Assembly (NCBI GenBank): GCA_034530615.2
Contig: JAVRCV020000009.1
Location: 8,014 to 72,013, forward strand
From: Aulosira sp. ZfuVER01
Lineage (GTDB): Bacteria; Cyanobacteriota; Cyanobacteriia; Cyanobacteriales; Nostocaceae
Direction of reading: 5' to 3'
DNA length: 64,000 bases
A program made the translations under genes and the position numbers. Below, piece after piece: positions 21,219-33,013 of this stretch. The notes under the pieces were generated by a model. It worked only from the letters and a program-made list of their open reading frames with translations. It ran no database searches and was not told the origin of the DNA. Numbering within the stretch: the first letter of the stretch is position 1; each line of letters opens with the position of its first letter.

Positions 21219-21787
21219 AAAAAGATTCAAGGGTTTAGATAATAAAAGTTTGCAGTACTCAGAAGATTTTGCTTTTGATATATCTACATAACTGCAAACA
21301 TGGGTATTATCTAATCATTTTTTTTCTCTATGCATCTATCTCCAGCTAGTTTAAAGTTCTATCGTTAGTATGACTTAAATAAAAAAGATATCTACCTTTG
21401 GATATCAATCAGGAATAGTTATTGTAGATTCTGGGTACAGTCAGAGTCCCTGAATAGTTTTCCCGTGGAGAAAGAACAATTTTATAGAGTTGGGAATTAG
21501 TTGTATTTTTGCCTCGCTCAAATCTCACATTTTTTGTTGCATGACTTCTTATTGACTTGATAGCTGTATAGGGGCGAGCGCTGATTTTGATTATTGCTTA
21601 AATGCGTAATTCCTAAAAATATGTTCATAGATATCAATGAAAAAGCTCTCATCTTTAAATGAGAGCCTTTAAATATGTAAATAATTAAGATTTCGGTGTT
21701 TTAATTACCTGAATTTATGCGTGGTGCAATTGAAATTATCTAGCTTAGACTCATGGAGTGCTATCCAAAATCAAATGGTATTGTTTA

Positions 21788-22138
21788 TCACTCGTGTTCT
21801 ACTGTTGGAGTAGGATTGACATTAACAGGCGAGTTATTCTCAATTGAGCGTTGAATACTATTCGTTCCCTCTCTATAGAGTTGATTTTGAGAACAATTGT
21901 TGCTTCCAGTATATTCACGGTTCTTTTTTGCAGCGTTTAAGCAATGAACATAAGCTGCTCGTTCCTGACCGCGCAGCCGCCCGCCAGCATTAGAGCGATG
22001 ATTATTTCCAACTAAATTGGAATTATCTACCACTATATTAGGATTACCACGATCAAATTTAGGTTTAGCGAAAACGCTAGGTATTGTTACTAAAGAAAAC
22101 AACAGCACAATTGAAGCTGTATAAAAACATTTCTTCAT
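21788..22138 (-). CDS. Hypothetical secreted protein
   Basis: Signal peptide MKK...VFA; 116 aa, N-rich. Confidence 0.65.
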   Translation of the reverse strand: MKKCFYTASIVLLFSLVTIPSVFAKPKFDRGNPNIVVDNSNLVGNNHRSNAGGRLRGQERAAYVHCLNAAKKNREYTGSNNCSQNQLYREGTNSIQRSIENNSPVNVNPTPTVEHE

Positions 22139-22831
22139 AGCGATACTTGCCTAATATTAATGATTTTTCGACTGTACTTTTATCTTAAAAATCGCACTTG
22201 TATAATAAAAAAATAATGTTGAAAGCACTTATTTTTAGCAATTTGTTTTACAAATTTTAAAGTATAAAATACCAATTATTTATACGTAAAATTGACAGTA
22301 AATTTATGAAGTTTAACTAAAAATAAAATTATAGTATTTAATCATTAGACATCTTGTTTATTGCCTTTTTAAATCTAGAAGGTTTAAGGCGCAAAATCTT
22401 GGCGCAAAAGATACAATTTAAATGCGTCATAGCTTACCAAGAGCATTTAGGTTGCTCAACCGGGTAATAACGTAGCTAACAAAAAAATATCAAACTCCCT
22501 ATGCGATCGCAGAATTGAAAATTTAACTCAGATCTGCCTATACATACCAAAACCGCCCTAAACTAACTGTAGGGCGGCTTTGAGAGATTAGTTTTCTATG
22601 GGGCTTGATAATAGTTTTGCCCCGGTTTAGTATAAGTGGTTCTGTATGTATGTGTATACAGAATGCTTTTAACCCATTCCGGAAGGAATTGAAAACTTAT
22701 GTAAATTTGCTGGACATTGGCAAATTGCTTGTTGCCACAGCCGATTTGAGAAGTCCAAGCCTTGCCGCTCAATACGGTAAAGTAACGATTGGCGACGGGA
22801 ATAAGTCACAAATCAAATAGGATGGCTATAT

Positions 22832-23959
22832 ATGGTTTCTACATTACAGACAAATCAACAAAAAATTGGCGTGGCGGTTATTGGTACAGGTTTTGGGCAA
22901 AAAGTTCATATTCCTGGGTTGCAAGCACATCCGCAAACAGAGATAGTAGCTGTTTATCATCGAGATATCAATAAGGCTAAAGCGATCGCTCAATCTCAGC
23001 AAATTCCCCATGCTTGCGATACAATTGCAGACATTGTGAAGTTGCCAGCAGTGCAAGCAGTCACCATCGCCACACCACCATTTTTGCACTACGAAATGGC
23101 AAAAACAGTACTGCAAGCCGGGAAACATTTATTACTGGAAAAACCCACAGCCTTAAACGCAGGTGAAGCTAAAGAACTTTATCAATTAGCTCAACAACAA
23201 GGTGTAATTGCTACTCTAGATTTTGAATTTCGCTTTGTGCCAGGATGGCAGAGATTTTCACAACTATTATCAGAGGGCTATGTAGGTAACAAGCGTCTGA
23301 TTAGAATTGATTGGTTAGGTTCTTCCCGTGCAGATGCTTCCCGCCCTTGGAACTGGTATTCTTCCCAAGATAAGGGAGGTGGTGCATTGGGGTCTTTAGG
23401 TTCCCACGCCTTCGATTATATTTATTGGCTATTTGGCCCAGTACGCAAATTAAGCGCTTATTTGAGTACCGCCATTCCCACACGCATTGACCCCGCTAGC
23501 GGCGAAACCAAGCTAGTGAATACAGATGACACCTGCGTACTCACCTTGGAATTAGCAGATGGGACACCTTGCCAACTTACCATCAGTGCAGTTGTTCATG
23601 CACCGAGAACCCATTGGGTAGAAGTGTATGGCGATCGCGGTACTTTAGTTTTAGGCAGCGAAAATCAAAAAGATTACATCCACGGTTTTCGTGTTTGGGG
23701 TTCGCAACCAGGTAAAGCCTTAACTGAAATCGAAATCCCATCGGAGTTGATGTTTACCCAAAATCACGCCGATGGGCGCATTTCTGCATTCATCCGTGTT
23801 GTAGACCAATGGGTACAAGGAATTTACAGCCAGCAACAAATAGTTCCATCCTTGCGAGAAGGAGTTTACTCTCAGTTATTGATGGATTTATCCCATGAAT
23901 CTCATAAAACAGCAAGCTGGGTGGATGTACCCAGCTTGGAAAGTTATCTTGGTAATTAA
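22832..23959 (+). CDS. Gfo/Idh/MocA family oxidoreductase
   Basis: VIGTGFG, ATPPFLH, LEKP, GGGALGSLGSH. Confidence 0.92.
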   Translation: MVSTLQTNQQKIGVAVIGTGFGQKVHIPGLQAHPQTEIVAVYHRDINKAKAIAQSQQIPHACDTIADIVKLPAVQAVTIATPPFLHYEMAKTVLQAGKHLLLEKPTALNAGEAKELYQLAQQQGVIATLDFEFRFVPGWQRFSQLLSEGYVGNKRLIRIDWLGSSRADASRPWNWYSSQDKGGGALGSLGSHAFDYIYWLFGPVRKLSAYLSTAIPTRIDPASGETKLVNTDDTCVLTLELADGTPCQLTISAVVHAPRTHWVEVYGDRGTLVLGSENQKDYIHGFRVWGSQPGKALTEIEIPSELMFTQNHADGRISAFIRVVDQWVQGIYSQQQIVPSLREGVYSQLLMDLSHESHKTASWVDVPSLESYLGN

Positions 23960-24025
23960 TAAAAATATGAGTATTTGTGTTACGAAAACGCTTTTCTATA
24001 AAAATCTCATCACGGCAACTAAATC

Positions 24026-24844
24026 TCAAGCGACTAGCAATTTATCTCCAGGCGGAATGCTAGCTGTAACTGTGAGTTTGTTAGCTTGTTGATAGGCTGT
24101 AACAGCCTTTTTCGTACCCGGGCCAAACATCCCATCTGGTACTCCCGGATCGAAACCAAGTTTTTTGAGATTTTGTTGTAACTTTTTCACCTTCGGGCCG
24201 ATACGGCCTTCTACAAGCGCAACTTCCTTAACAGTTTCAGCTTGCAGACGATCTAAAGTACCATTAAATCTGTTGCGGTCTACATCACCTGGGATACCAG
24301 GAAAACCAGTTTGATCGCCTATGTATTGATGGAAAGTATGAATTTCCCAACCGCCGGGAATACTGGGAGTATTGGTTTCATAATGTGCAATCCACAAGTC
24401 ATAGTCAGCAAAGCGTTTGGTGTTTCCCATCGTATCCCGCCAAAAACTCGGCCCAGTATAGATGATTGGTTTGTAACCTGTAGCTACTTCTACAGCTTTT
24501 AAAACCTCAGCTACACGATCGAGTCTTTGGGTTAGACTCAAATCATACCAACTGTTAGCTGTTTCAATATCTACAACTGGGGGAAGATCGCCTGCTTCCA
24601 TTTCTAGATTTTGAGCGAAAATTTTTACCTGGGTGTCAATATCCTGGGTGGGACGAAAGAAGAAATATGCACCCCGAGTAATGCCCACTTTCTTCATCGC
24701 AGGCCAGTAAGTAGAAAACAGGGTATCAGTATGGATCGTACCATCGTTGACTCTGGCAAAGGCAAAGCGAATGCCTTGGCTTTTTACTTTCTCCCAATTG
24801 ATATTTCCGCTGAATTCCGCGATATCAATACCTTCGACTGCCAT
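24026..24844 (-). CDS. GH25 muramidase with C-terminal peptidoglycan-binding domain
   Basis: GIDIA, RGAYFF, PPVVDIE, LWIAHY, DVDRN; PG_binding_1 motif LQQNLKKLGF.PG.PDGMFGPGTKKAV..YQ. Confidence 0.88.
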   Translation of the reverse strand: MAVEGIDIAEFSGNINWEKVKSQGIRFAFARVNDGTIHTDTLFSTYWPAMKKVGITRGAYFFFRPTQDIDTQVKIFAQNLEMEAGDLPPVVDIETANSWYDLSLTQRLDRVAEVLKAVEVATGYKPIIYTGPSFWRDTMGNTKRFADYDLWIAHYETNTPSIPGGWEIHTFHQYIGDQTGFPGIPGDVDRNRFNGTLDRLQAETVKEVALVEGRIGPKVKKLQQNLKKLGFDPGVPDGMFGPGTKKAVTAYQQANKLTVTASIPPGDKLLVA

Positions 24845-24955
24845 AGGTAGTTGTCCTTGAATATAATCAAACTGCAATCAACTACCAATAAATAGCAGAC
24901 GCTTACGGAAATTGTGTGAGTAGGTGAGTAAAATATTTACAAAGAGCAATGCTAC

Positions 24956-25510
24956 TTAGCGGTGACGAAATTCCACTTCTTTTTCCAAAATCTTGATATC
25001 GTAGTTGTCAAAGAAATCGTGACCCAATAGACCGATAGAAGCTTTAGGAGCGATCGCAACCTCAAGATTATTAGCTGAAGCTGAACCAACACTCATGTAT
25101 TGTACCTGACTAGTCAAAAATTGCACTTCTGTACCATCTGCAATTTGGGCGTTTATCTTACCTGTAGGCTGAAGTTTGAGAGCATTTGCCATTTTGAGAG
25201 TGATCAGAGTGCTGCTAGCACCAGTATCTAAAATCATCTCAAAAGTTTGTTGCTGATTGAAAGTGACATCAATGACAGGAGTTTTACCCATACGACGTTT
25301 AATGGGAACCCGAAAAATTTTGCTATCTATGGGTGTTATACCGCAAAGTTTTCCTAAACTGATAGTTCTCCCAGAGGAAGTTACCATAAAACAGCTTCCT
25401 GGATCGTTAGCTGTAGCTCGATGCAGAAATGCTAAAAATATCAGCGTTGGCATTGATGCCATCACAGCTAGGTTAATAGTCAGCATCCAACGCCTGTTAG
25501 CATCTTTCAT
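24956..25510 (-). CDS. Retropepsin-like aspartic protease
   Basis: MILDTGAS catalytic motif, GLLGHDF, N-terminal CFMVTSSG..ISLGKLC. Confidence 0.88.
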   Translation of the reverse strand: MKDANRRWMLTINLAVMASMPTLIFLAFLHRATANDPGSCFMVTSSGRTISLGKLCGITPIDSKIFRVPIKRRMGKTPVIDVTFNQQQTFEMILDTGASSTLITLKMANALKLQPTGKINAQIADGTEVQFLTSQVQYMSVGSASANNLEVAIAPKASIGLLGHDFFDNYDIKILEKEVEFRHR

Positions 25511-25650
25511 GTGCTTTTGAGCTCCAAATTTGGTATTACCCCTTATTATTTAGATTACCCAGATTGAGGCAAAAGTTTTAACTTGTGAAGCAATTTGCCA
25601 TCAATTTTGAATTTTAGATTGGAGAATGTAGTCCAAAATCTAAATTTAAT

Positions 25651-26139
25651 TCACTTAATATATAGTGCGGCGATCGGCTCTTTATTTCTGCTAGGAAGGG
25701 TTTGGTTAATATCCAACATCAAAATAGTAGTTGGCTCACTTTTCTGGTTAAGAATAGCAATGCGGCTCACCCAAGTTGGTAGTCCAATATTATGGAAAGA
25801 TTGTGGTACAGGTTGAATACTTGTTTCACTTATCGAAAGCATATTGGGAGGTGCATCTACTTGAATACCATATAATTCTCCAGCACTTCCTTGAGCAATT
25901 ATCAGAAAACGTCCTGAATGATCATTTTCTTGATGATTATAGTTAGGGTTAAGGTGAGAGTGAAGATTAACAAGCATCACTGTCCGCTGACCCATTTGCG
26001 CAAGTTTTGCTTCCCGGAGTGTTTGACTAAGCTCAACAGGACAAGTCACAACTTTAAAAACACTGTCAATCGGTAATGCCAGTATGTATGTATAAACTTT
26101 AAAGATAATATACTTTTCTTCAGCGACAAATTTATTCAT
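25651..26139 (-). CDS. cheW: CheW-like adaptor
   Basis: YIIFKV..LALPIDSV, YGIQVD; downstream of cheA. Confidence 0.75.
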   Translation of the reverse strand: MNKFVAEEKYIIFKVYTYILALPIDSVFKVVTCPVELSQTLREAKLAQMGQRTVMLVNLHSHLNPNYNHQENDHSGRFLIIAQGSAGELYGIQVDAPPNMLSISETSIQPVPQSFHNIGLPTWVSRIAILNQKSEPTTILMLDINQTLPSRNKEPIAALYIK

Positions 26140-26187
26140 AATACAATTTAATTTAATTAGTCAATTATTGCTTTATATTTAACAATG

Positions 26188-29178
26188 CTAGTGATTTTTA
26201 CTATAAAAAACAAAGTTTGCTTTTATAGAATTAAGCACTTGCGACATTGTTAAGAGTAATTGTTGTTCGGAGTAAGGTTTAGTTAAGTAAGCAGAAGCAC
26301 CTAATTTAAGTGCTAATTGACGGTGTTTAATAGCAGTGCGAGAACTTAAAATTAGGACTGGAATTTGAGATAAATATTTATCGGATTTACAGTGACCTAA
26401 AAATTCAAAACCATTCATCCGGGGCATTTCAATATCGCAGATAATTAAATCGACTTCCGGATGTGCTTGAAAATGGGATATGGCTTCATAACCATCACGA
26501 GCCTGTAAAGTTTGATAACCAGCTTTTTGTAGAGTATAAATTAACGCTTGACGCAGCGTTACCGAATCATCCACAATCATCACTATACGCTTTTTGTCTT
26601 CTAATTTCGTTGGCAATATTGGTTTTGATTGGGAATTTGCTGCTAGGAATCGAGAAGGTGTATTTGTAGATGTTTGTTTCCAAGTTTCCATCACCTGTAT
26701 TTCTTGATGAAGAACATGATCTAGTAATGCAGCACCGTTAATTACTAGTGTCAACCTACCATCAGCTAAAATTGTGCCGCCGTAAACATATCCGGGAGTT
26801 GGTACTAACTTGCTAAAAGGACGAATTACTAATTCTTGTTCCCAAATAATTCTATCTACTTCTAGAGCCAATAATTGTTCTTGGCAAAGCACAATTAGTA
26901 ATGGGAGTACTGTATTGCTTTCTTTTGTTTGGGTTTCTGAAAGATGTTGTGTAGTTTGATGGCTGGAGTAATCAAGAATTTCTTCAAGTCGATAAATGCG
27001 AATAAGTTCGCCTTCATCGAGGTTATTGTTCATATAGTTTTTCGTCAAACGTAAAACTCTACCATGTTCTGAATATTGAATTTGTCCGGTTTTTGGTAAA
27101 AGTATTTGGTCGATGGTATCAGCTGCTAAGGCATAGACTTTTTTACCAGCTTGACAAACTAAAAGTTTATTAATACTGAGACTTAAAGGAATTTGTAAAG
27201 AGAATGTTGTGCCCTTTTGGGTTTCTGTATGTACAGCGACAGAACCTTGAATAGCATGAAGTTGGACTTTGACAACATCAAGTCCAACACCACGACCGGA
27301 AATATCATTAACTTGTTTTGCTGTAGAAAAACCTGGTTCAAAAAGTAATTCTGCTAGTTGGGATTCGGTTTTATTCCGGCTAGTTTCTTGTGTAATTAAT
27401 CCGCGTTCAATTGCATGTTGTCGGATGGCTTCAAAATCCAGACCTTCGCCATCATCACGAACATCAATAATTAATTGACTGCCTTGGTAATAAGCACGAA
27501 TTTCAATTAGACCTTTTATAGTTTTACCACGTAAATTTCTCATTTCCGCAGTTTCTATACCGTGATCGAAAGCATTACGCACTAGATGTAACAGTGGTTC
27601 ATAAAGACGTTCGGCAATAGCTTTTTCAACTAATACATCCGAGCCTTTAATAGTTAATTTAATTTGTTTATTATGTTTTTTCTGTAGTTGTTCTAAAACT
27701 GGATGTAGTCGATTTAAAATATTACCTAAAGGCAGCATTCTTGCTTCTAACAGAACATCGCGAGAATTTGTCAGAAGTTTTTGTTGCTTTTTTAAAAGTT
27801 GTGTAGTTTGGCGATTGACTTGCTCAAGGGTGTCAATTTCTTGTTCAAGGGCTGCGGCTTCTTCAATTAAACTTTGACTAAATACTTGAAATTTACTATA
27901 AGAGTCTAGTTCTAATACATCAAAATTATCAGAGTTTTTGCTAGAGAAAAATGAGCGAACTAGACTTAAAGTATCGTTATTATCTAGCTCATAATCTATC
28001 AGTAAAGGATTTGACCAATCCTGCAAATCACCTAACATCTGTTGGAATAGTCGCAAGCGACTCAGCAGTTTTCGCAGAGAATTGCGCATTCTGCCATCTT
28101 GCAAAAATTGGCGATTTTGATTGGTGAGTAATTCTGCATTCAAGTAATTTAATTGTTCAAGATGCTCGACATTTACTCGCACAATTTTGGGGAAAGGTGC
28201 AGTAGAAGTAGTATGAGTTTCTTCCATCATGGGTACAGATTCCACTGGCTGATTTATTGGTGGGGTTTGACTTGAACCCTTTAAAGGAGCAGTAATTTTG
28301 TTATCTATCTTGCTGGTTATTTGAGCATCTTGTTCGCTATCTGCGATGGGAACTGTTATAAGATTTTCCTCTTCTACTTCACTGCTACTTAAAGAAGCGA
28401 GTTGCAGTAAAGCGGAACTGGGACATCCAGCTTGAGGATTTTTACACTCAAGAATTTCTATGCAGCAGGAGCGAAAATCTTCTAGTGCCAATCGCGCAAT
28501 TTTGCGGACTGCTCGCGGATTACAATCGAGAGCAGCTATTGTTGTCTGGGCAATATTTAAACAACCAGTCAGCCCTATAGCCTGTCCATAACCGCGAAAC
28601 AGTTCTGCTGTCTGACGGAGAATAGCCTCAGTATCCTTGGGTTTAGTGGATGCGATCGCATTCACACTTTTCTCAATTTCAGGGATAATGCTACTCTCAA
28701 GCAGCATTTTAATACTATCAAAGCTAATTTCGCTCGTTGTCTCTACTTCTTGCTCCTGCTCCTCAACTAAAAAATTTCCCAATTTCGCTTGTAACTGCGA
28801 TAAAACGTGAGCAAAAGTCTCGATAACGTTATCTGTATCCACATAAGAACCAGTTAATTCTGCCATCAACGGGTCACGCAAACACTCATAACTTTCAAAA
28901 AATAATTCTTGCAGTTCCTTATCAATAATTACTTCTGGTGTTTGAATTGCCCGAAACACATCTTCCAGGGAATGAGCAATATTTTTAATTGTCTCTAATC
29001 CCAAAGTTGCTGCAATACTTTTCAATGTATGAGTGGCTCGCATCAAAATACGAACCTGCTCAATATTATTAGCCTCTGGTTGTAAACTCAGTAATGCCTC
29101 CTCAAGCATACTGAGAAGTTCTGGAGCTTCTAAAGAAAAGTGGTGAAAAAGCTGTGCTTGATAGTTTGAATCCGGCAT
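26188..29178 (-). CDS. cheA: CheA-like hybrid kinase (Hpt-HATPase-CheW-REC)
   Basis: Hpt RATHTLKS, HLVRNAFDHG, SGRGVGLDVV, C-terminal receiver VDDS/CDIEMP; start set after the STRR array. Confidence 0.92.
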   Translation of the reverse strand: MPDSNYQAQLFHHFSLEAPELLSMLEEALLSLQPEANNIEQVRILMRATHTLKSIAATLGLETIKNIAHSLEDVFRAIQTPEVIIDKELQELFFESYECLRDPLMAELTGSYVDTDNVIETFAHVLSQLQAKLGNFLVEEQEQEVETTSEISFDSIKMLLESSIIPEIEKSVNAIASTKPKDTEAILRQTAELFRGYGQAIGLTGCLNIAQTTIAALDCNPRAVRKIARLALEDFRSCCIEILECKNPQAGCPSSALLQLASLSSSEVEEENLITVPIADSEQDAQITSKIDNKITAPLKGSSQTPPINQPVESVPMMEETHTTSTAPFPKIVRVNVEHLEQLNYLNAELLTNQNRQFLQDGRMRNSLRKLLSRLRLFQQMLGDLQDWSNPLLIDYELDNNDTLSLVRSFFSSKNSDNFDVLELDSYSKFQVFSQSLIEEAAALEQEIDTLEQVNRQTTQLLKKQQKLLTNSRDVLLEARMLPLGNILNRLHPVLEQLQKKHNKQIKLTIKGSDVLVEKAIAERLYEPLLHLVRNAFDHGIETAEMRNLRGKTIKGLIEIRAYYQGSQLIIDVRDDGEGLDFEAIRQHAIERGLITQETSRNKTESQLAELLFEPGFSTAKQVNDISGRGVGLDVVKVQLHAIQGSVAVHTETQKGTTFSLQIPLSLSINKLLVCQAGKKVYALAADTIDQILLPKTGQIQYSEHGRVLRLTKNYMNNNLDEGELIRIYRLEEILDYSSHQTTQHLSETQTKESNTVLPLLIVLCQEQLLALEVDRIIWEQELVIRPFSKLVPTPGYVYGGTILADGRLTLVINGAALLDHVLHQEIQVMETWKQTSTNTPSRFLAANSQSKPILPTKLEDKKRIVMIVDDSVTLRQALIYTLQKAGYQTLQARDGYEAISHFQAHPEVDLIICDIEMPRMNGFEFLGHCKSDKYLSQIPVLILSSRTAIKHRQLALKLGASAYLTKPYSEQQLLLTMSQVLNSIKANFVFYSKNH

Positions 29179-29193
29179 TTTATTTAGATAATT

Positions 29194-29338
29194 ATGGGGC
29201 ATAGGGCATGGGGCATGGGGCATGGGGCATTGGGTATTGGGCATGGGGCAATAGTCATTAGTTATTTCTCCTCGTCCCCGCGTCTTTGCGTCTTTTGTTC
29301 CTTCCCTAATTCCTTCTGCCTCCTGCCTCCTGCCTTCT
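29194..29338. repeat. STRR heptamer repeats (ggggcat, tgcctcc types)
   Basis: tggggcatagggcatggggcatggggcatggggcat..., ctgcctcctgcctcctgcc. Confidence 0.85.
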
Positions 29339-32300
29339 TCAATCGTTCCCTTCTACCGAAGAACTACGAGTGACCTTAAACTGGCTAGCGCTGAGTTGCA
29401 AATCTTGTGCCATTGTCAACAGTTCCTTAAACGATGCCGATAACTTAATTGAATCAGCAGAAGTTTTGTTCGCAATTCCCGCCACATCAGTCATCGTTTG
29501 CGTGATTGACTGGGATTGTTGATTTTGGACTTGGGTAGTATGGGTAATCCTTTCTACCAATTCGCTAATTTGGGTTGTCGCTTCGACAATTGCATTCAAC
29601 TGTTGACGAACTTCGGTGACTAACTTAGTACCTTCAACAACTTGCTGAATTCCTGTATCCATCGCCGCCGCTACTTCCGTAGTTCCGGCTTGAATTTCTT
29701 GCACCAATTCTTCGATTTCGGCGGTTGCTTCCGCAGATTGTCCGGCTAAAGAACGTACCTCATCTGCAACTACAGCAAATCCTCGTCCGTGTTCTCCGGC
29801 TTTGGTGGCTTCAATTGCTGCGTTAAGTGCCAAAATTTGGGTTTGGGTGGTGAAACTACTAATCAAACTGACTACACGGGAGACTTTTTGACCAGATTCG
29901 CTAAGGCGTTTGATGCGTTTGCTGGTTTCTGCTACTGTTTCTCGAATTCCGGTAATGCCATCTACAGTCTTATTCATGGCACTTTCACCTTCTTTAACAG
30001 TCTGGTTGGTTTTCTGCACCGCTTCTTCAACTAATCTGGCACTAGTAGCAACGGCTTCAGTGGAAGCTACCATTTCTTGAATTTGCTCGACAGCTTGAGA
30101 AAGGGCTTGGAATTGTTGCTGTGCTTGGTTAGCTAGTTCCACAATTGAGGATTCGCTGTTTTGTGAGGTACTGGCGACTGCTTGCGAGGCTTGTTGTACT
30201 TGAGTCACTAACTGACGCAGATTTTCTAAGGTGTTGTTGTAAGTGTCAGCAATTTTCCCGACTTCATCACCCGTAACTGGCGCACGCACAGTTAAATCGC
30301 CTTGGAGTGCTGGTTGTACAGCAGACAGCAGTTGGGCTACTTCTTGTTGTAATGCTTCGTTGGCTTGTTTTTCTCGTTGTGCAGCTTCGCTGAGTTGTTG
30401 CGACTGAATTTCCAGTTGTTCCAAATACTCGGATTGTTGCAATACAATACCCAACTGCGTTGCAACTTGAATTAGGAGATTGACTTCACCTTCTTCCCAA
30501 TGGCGAGGTGCTGTATTTTGGTAAGTCAACAATAAGCCCCAAAGTTGTTGTTCGCCTTTAAACAAGGGTGCAGCAATGTAAGCTTTGGCTCCCCATTGTT
30601 CTAAAATTTCGCGGCTGAAGGTTAAGTCAGATGAATGATTGATATCATGGATGGCACTCGGCTCGTTTTTGCGATAGCGACCACCAGAACTTTCTTGTAA
30701 AACGGGGTCAGCAATTACCGCCATATCGCTACCAGCCAGCTTGAGGTAGCCGCTACCAACATCTTCAATGATAAATTCACCACTCCAATCGGGACTAAAG
30801 CGATAAATAGCAACGCGGTCTACATTTAATAATTGGCGGAGTTCTTGAGTAATAGAACGGAAGAGTGAATCAGGGTTAAAGTTCTTTTGTTGCAGGCGTT
30901 CAACTATCCGTTGTCCAATTTTGAAGATGAACTGGACAAAATTAGTTTCTCGTTCTGCCAATTTAGAAAGCTGTTCTGATTGTTGCCTGACATCTTCTAA
31001 GTATTTTACTTGTTTGAGAGCCATCCCCACTTGAATCCCTACTTGGATGAGGGAACTTAATTCTCCTTTCTCCCAAACTCTGGGCTTGTCGTTTTGATAG
31101 GCTCCCAACAAGCCCCATAATTTATCACCTGTAAACACTGGCACAATCATGTATGCCCTAGCTTCCATCTGCTCTAAAAGTTCGATGTGGCAAGGTGCGT
31201 GTCCGCTAGTGTAGATATCATTGACGATAATGGAACCGTTGTCTTTATAGCGACCACCTTGGGTTTCTTGGAGGTGAGAATCTTCAATGATGGGAATGAT
31301 GTCTAATAAACGATTCCAGCCACTAGCAGCCGATTCGGCAATGAAATGCCCAGTCCAATTTGGATTAAATTGATACAGCGCCACACGGTTGCAAGTGAGC
31401 ATTTGGCGGGTTTCTTGGGTAGCAATTTTAAAAATCGTGTCGATGCGTTCGTTTGCCAAATTTTCCCGCACCTGTACTGATGAGCGAAAAATCGCTTCCA
31501 AATCCATTGTGCGTGACAGACGGGTGGTAATTCGAGCTAGTGCTTGTTCGCGAGCTGCGGAACGCTCAATTTGTTTGGAGGAATTCTCAATTTTTAACTG
31601 TGTCTCCATCTGCTGTATCGTCACCACCAGCGGCGAACTTAACTGGAGCATGAAGTTAATTTCTGAATTTTGCCAAACTCTGGGTTTGTCATTTTGATAT
31701 GCTGCCAACAATCCCCACAATTTACCATCAACAAACAAGGGTACAATCATGTAGGCACGACATTGGTATTTCTCTAGAACCTCCAGGTAGCAAGAGGAAT
31801 AGCCCATTTCGTAGATGTCATTAACACATTTAAATCGCTCTCCCCGCGCATATTGACCACCTTTGGTATCTCGCAGATAAGTATCGACATCGGCGGAAGA
31901 AGCAGTGAGTTTGCTAATAGTACAGCGATCGTACTCAATTAAGTTGGCGCGTAAGCTAGTGTTATGGGCCTGTTCGTCTACCACTGATATCCAACCAGCA
32001 CCGACAGACTCAGCAATAAACTGACCACTCCAATCTTCATGAAAGCAGTAAATGCCGACGCGATCGCACTTGAGAAGGCGACGAATTTCTACTGTCGCAA
32101 AACGGAAAAGATTTTCAAAATTTGGCGACTGTCCAATTTTTTGCGTAATCCGAGCCACTAATTGCTCTTGCTCTGAGCGTTCTTGTAGCAACATTTGAAA
32201 TTGCAATGGTTGCAAACATAGCAAGAAATCACGCACAACTTGATTGAGGAGAGTAATTTCTTGCTCTTGCCAATTGCGCGGATTAGAGCATTGCTGAACT

Positions 32301-32860
32301 GCTAATATTCCCCAAACATTACCATTAAGATACAAAGAGATATTTAAACTGGCCTGAATTTGAAACTGTTGCCAGAGTTTGCGTTGGTCTGGAGTGAGAG
32401 GCCCGGTTTCTAAATCATCGTAGCGAATTGTAGACTGATTACCATAGTCTGTAACTTGCTCAAAACCAAATACGACAATTGGCATTTCATCCCGCATTGC
32501 AGGTGTATATCCCCGCGCCACTGACTCTGCAACTACAACACCAGAACTTTCTCCATCAAATTGATAAATTAATACACGTTCAGCTACTAAAGCTTCACGG
32601 ATAGCCTTAACTACTATTTGATAAAGTTCTGTAACTGAAGATGCTTGTTGTATTTGTTGGGCAATTTCTGTAACTTGCTGATTTAAAACAGCAAGCATAT
32701 CTTCTGAGGTAATTTCTTTAATTTGAACCTGTTTTGCCTGGGAAACTTCCACAGTTCTTTCTGTCTGTTTTCTATTTTCAGTTGTAGAAGCCGAAGATTT
32801 CTGTGTTCTATTTTGAGGTTTTACATTACTGTTGGGAGTTAAATCTATTTCATTACTCAT
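29339..32860 (-). CDS. Soluble methyl-accepting photoreceptor with four GAF domains (PixJ/PtxD-like cyanobacteriochrome MCP)
   Basis: Four GAF repeats (DRV.IY.F..DWSG.FIAES, LWGLL.AYQN..PR.W) and MCP signature [27 protein letters not shown]; no TM helices. Confidence 0.9.
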   Translation of the reverse strand: MSNEIDLTPNSNVKPQNRTQKSSASTTENRKQTERTVEVSQAKQVQIKEITSEDMLAVLNQQVTEIAQQIQQASSVTELYQIVVKAIREALVAERVLIYQFDGESSGVVVAESVARGYTPAMRDEMPIVVFGFEQVTDYGNQSTIRYDDLETGPLTPDQRKLWQQFQIQASLNISLYLNGNVWGILAVQQCSNPRNWQEQEITLLNQVVRDFLLCLQPLQFQMLLQERSEQEQLVARITQKIGQSPNFENLFRFATVEIRRLLKCDRVGIYCFHEDWSGQFIAESVGAGWISVVDEQAHNTSLRANLIEYDRCTISKLTASSADVDTYLRDTKGGQYARGERFKCVNDIYEMGYSSCYLEVLEKYQCRAYMIVPLFVDGKLWGLLAAYQNDKPRVWQNSEINFMLQLSSPLVVTIQQMETQLKIENSSKQIERSAAREQALARITTRLSRTMDLEAIFRSSVQVRENLANERIDTIFKIATQETRQMLTCNRVALYQFNPNWTGHFIAESAASGWNRLLDIIPIIEDSHLQETQGGRYKDNGSIIVNDIYTSGHAPCHIELLEQMEARAYMIVPVFTGDKLWGLLGAYQNDKPRVWEKGELSSLIQVGIQVGMALKQVKYLEDVRQQSEQLSKLAERETNFVQFIFKIGQRIVERLQQKNFNPDSLFRSITQELRQLLNVDRVAIYRFSPDWSGEFIIEDVGSGYLKLAGSDMAVIADPVLQESSGGRYRKNEPSAIHDINHSSDLTFSREILEQWGAKAYIAAPLFKGEQQLWGLLLTYQNTAPRHWEEGEVNLLIQVATQLGIVLQQSEYLEQLEIQSQQLSEAAQREKQANEALQQEVAQLLSAVQPALQGDLTVRAPVTGDEVGKIADTYNNTLENLRQLVTQVQQASQAVASTSQNSESSIVELANQAQQQFQALSQAVEQIQEMVASTEAVATSARLVEEAVQKTNQTVKEGESAMNKTVDGITGIRETVAETSKRIKRLSESGQKVSRVVSLISSFTTQTQILALNAAIEATKAGEHGRGFAVVADEVRSLAGQSAEATAEIEELVQEIQAGTTEVAAAMDTGIQQVVEGTKLVTEVRQQLNAIVEATTQISELVERITHTTQVQNQQSQSITQTMTDVAGIANKTSADSIKLSASFKELLTMAQDLQLSASQFKVTRSSSVEGND

Positions 32861-33013
32861 AAAAAAATCCTCAGTATATTTTTTGTATTAGGGCACTCTG
32901 GAATACTTCATGAATTAGCAGAAATAACCTTTTATATTTCTAATTCATTTAGTTGATTTTACTTGTAAATAAGCAGCAAATGCTGGTCAATTGATATATT
33001 CAATAAATCAACA

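Noticed and set aside
22605..22820. Small ORF or DIF1 (TCCGGA at 22678) heterocyst promoter upstream of the Gfo gene
   Set aside because: A single hexamer and a motif-less ORF cannot be distinguished from chance.
24026..24844. Prophage lysis module
   Set aside because: No holin, structural, terminase or integrase genes nearby.
29179..29244. N-terminal extension MPNTQCPMPHAPCPMPH of CheA
   Set aside because: It is the translation of an STRR array; the true start is more likely MPDSNY at 29178.
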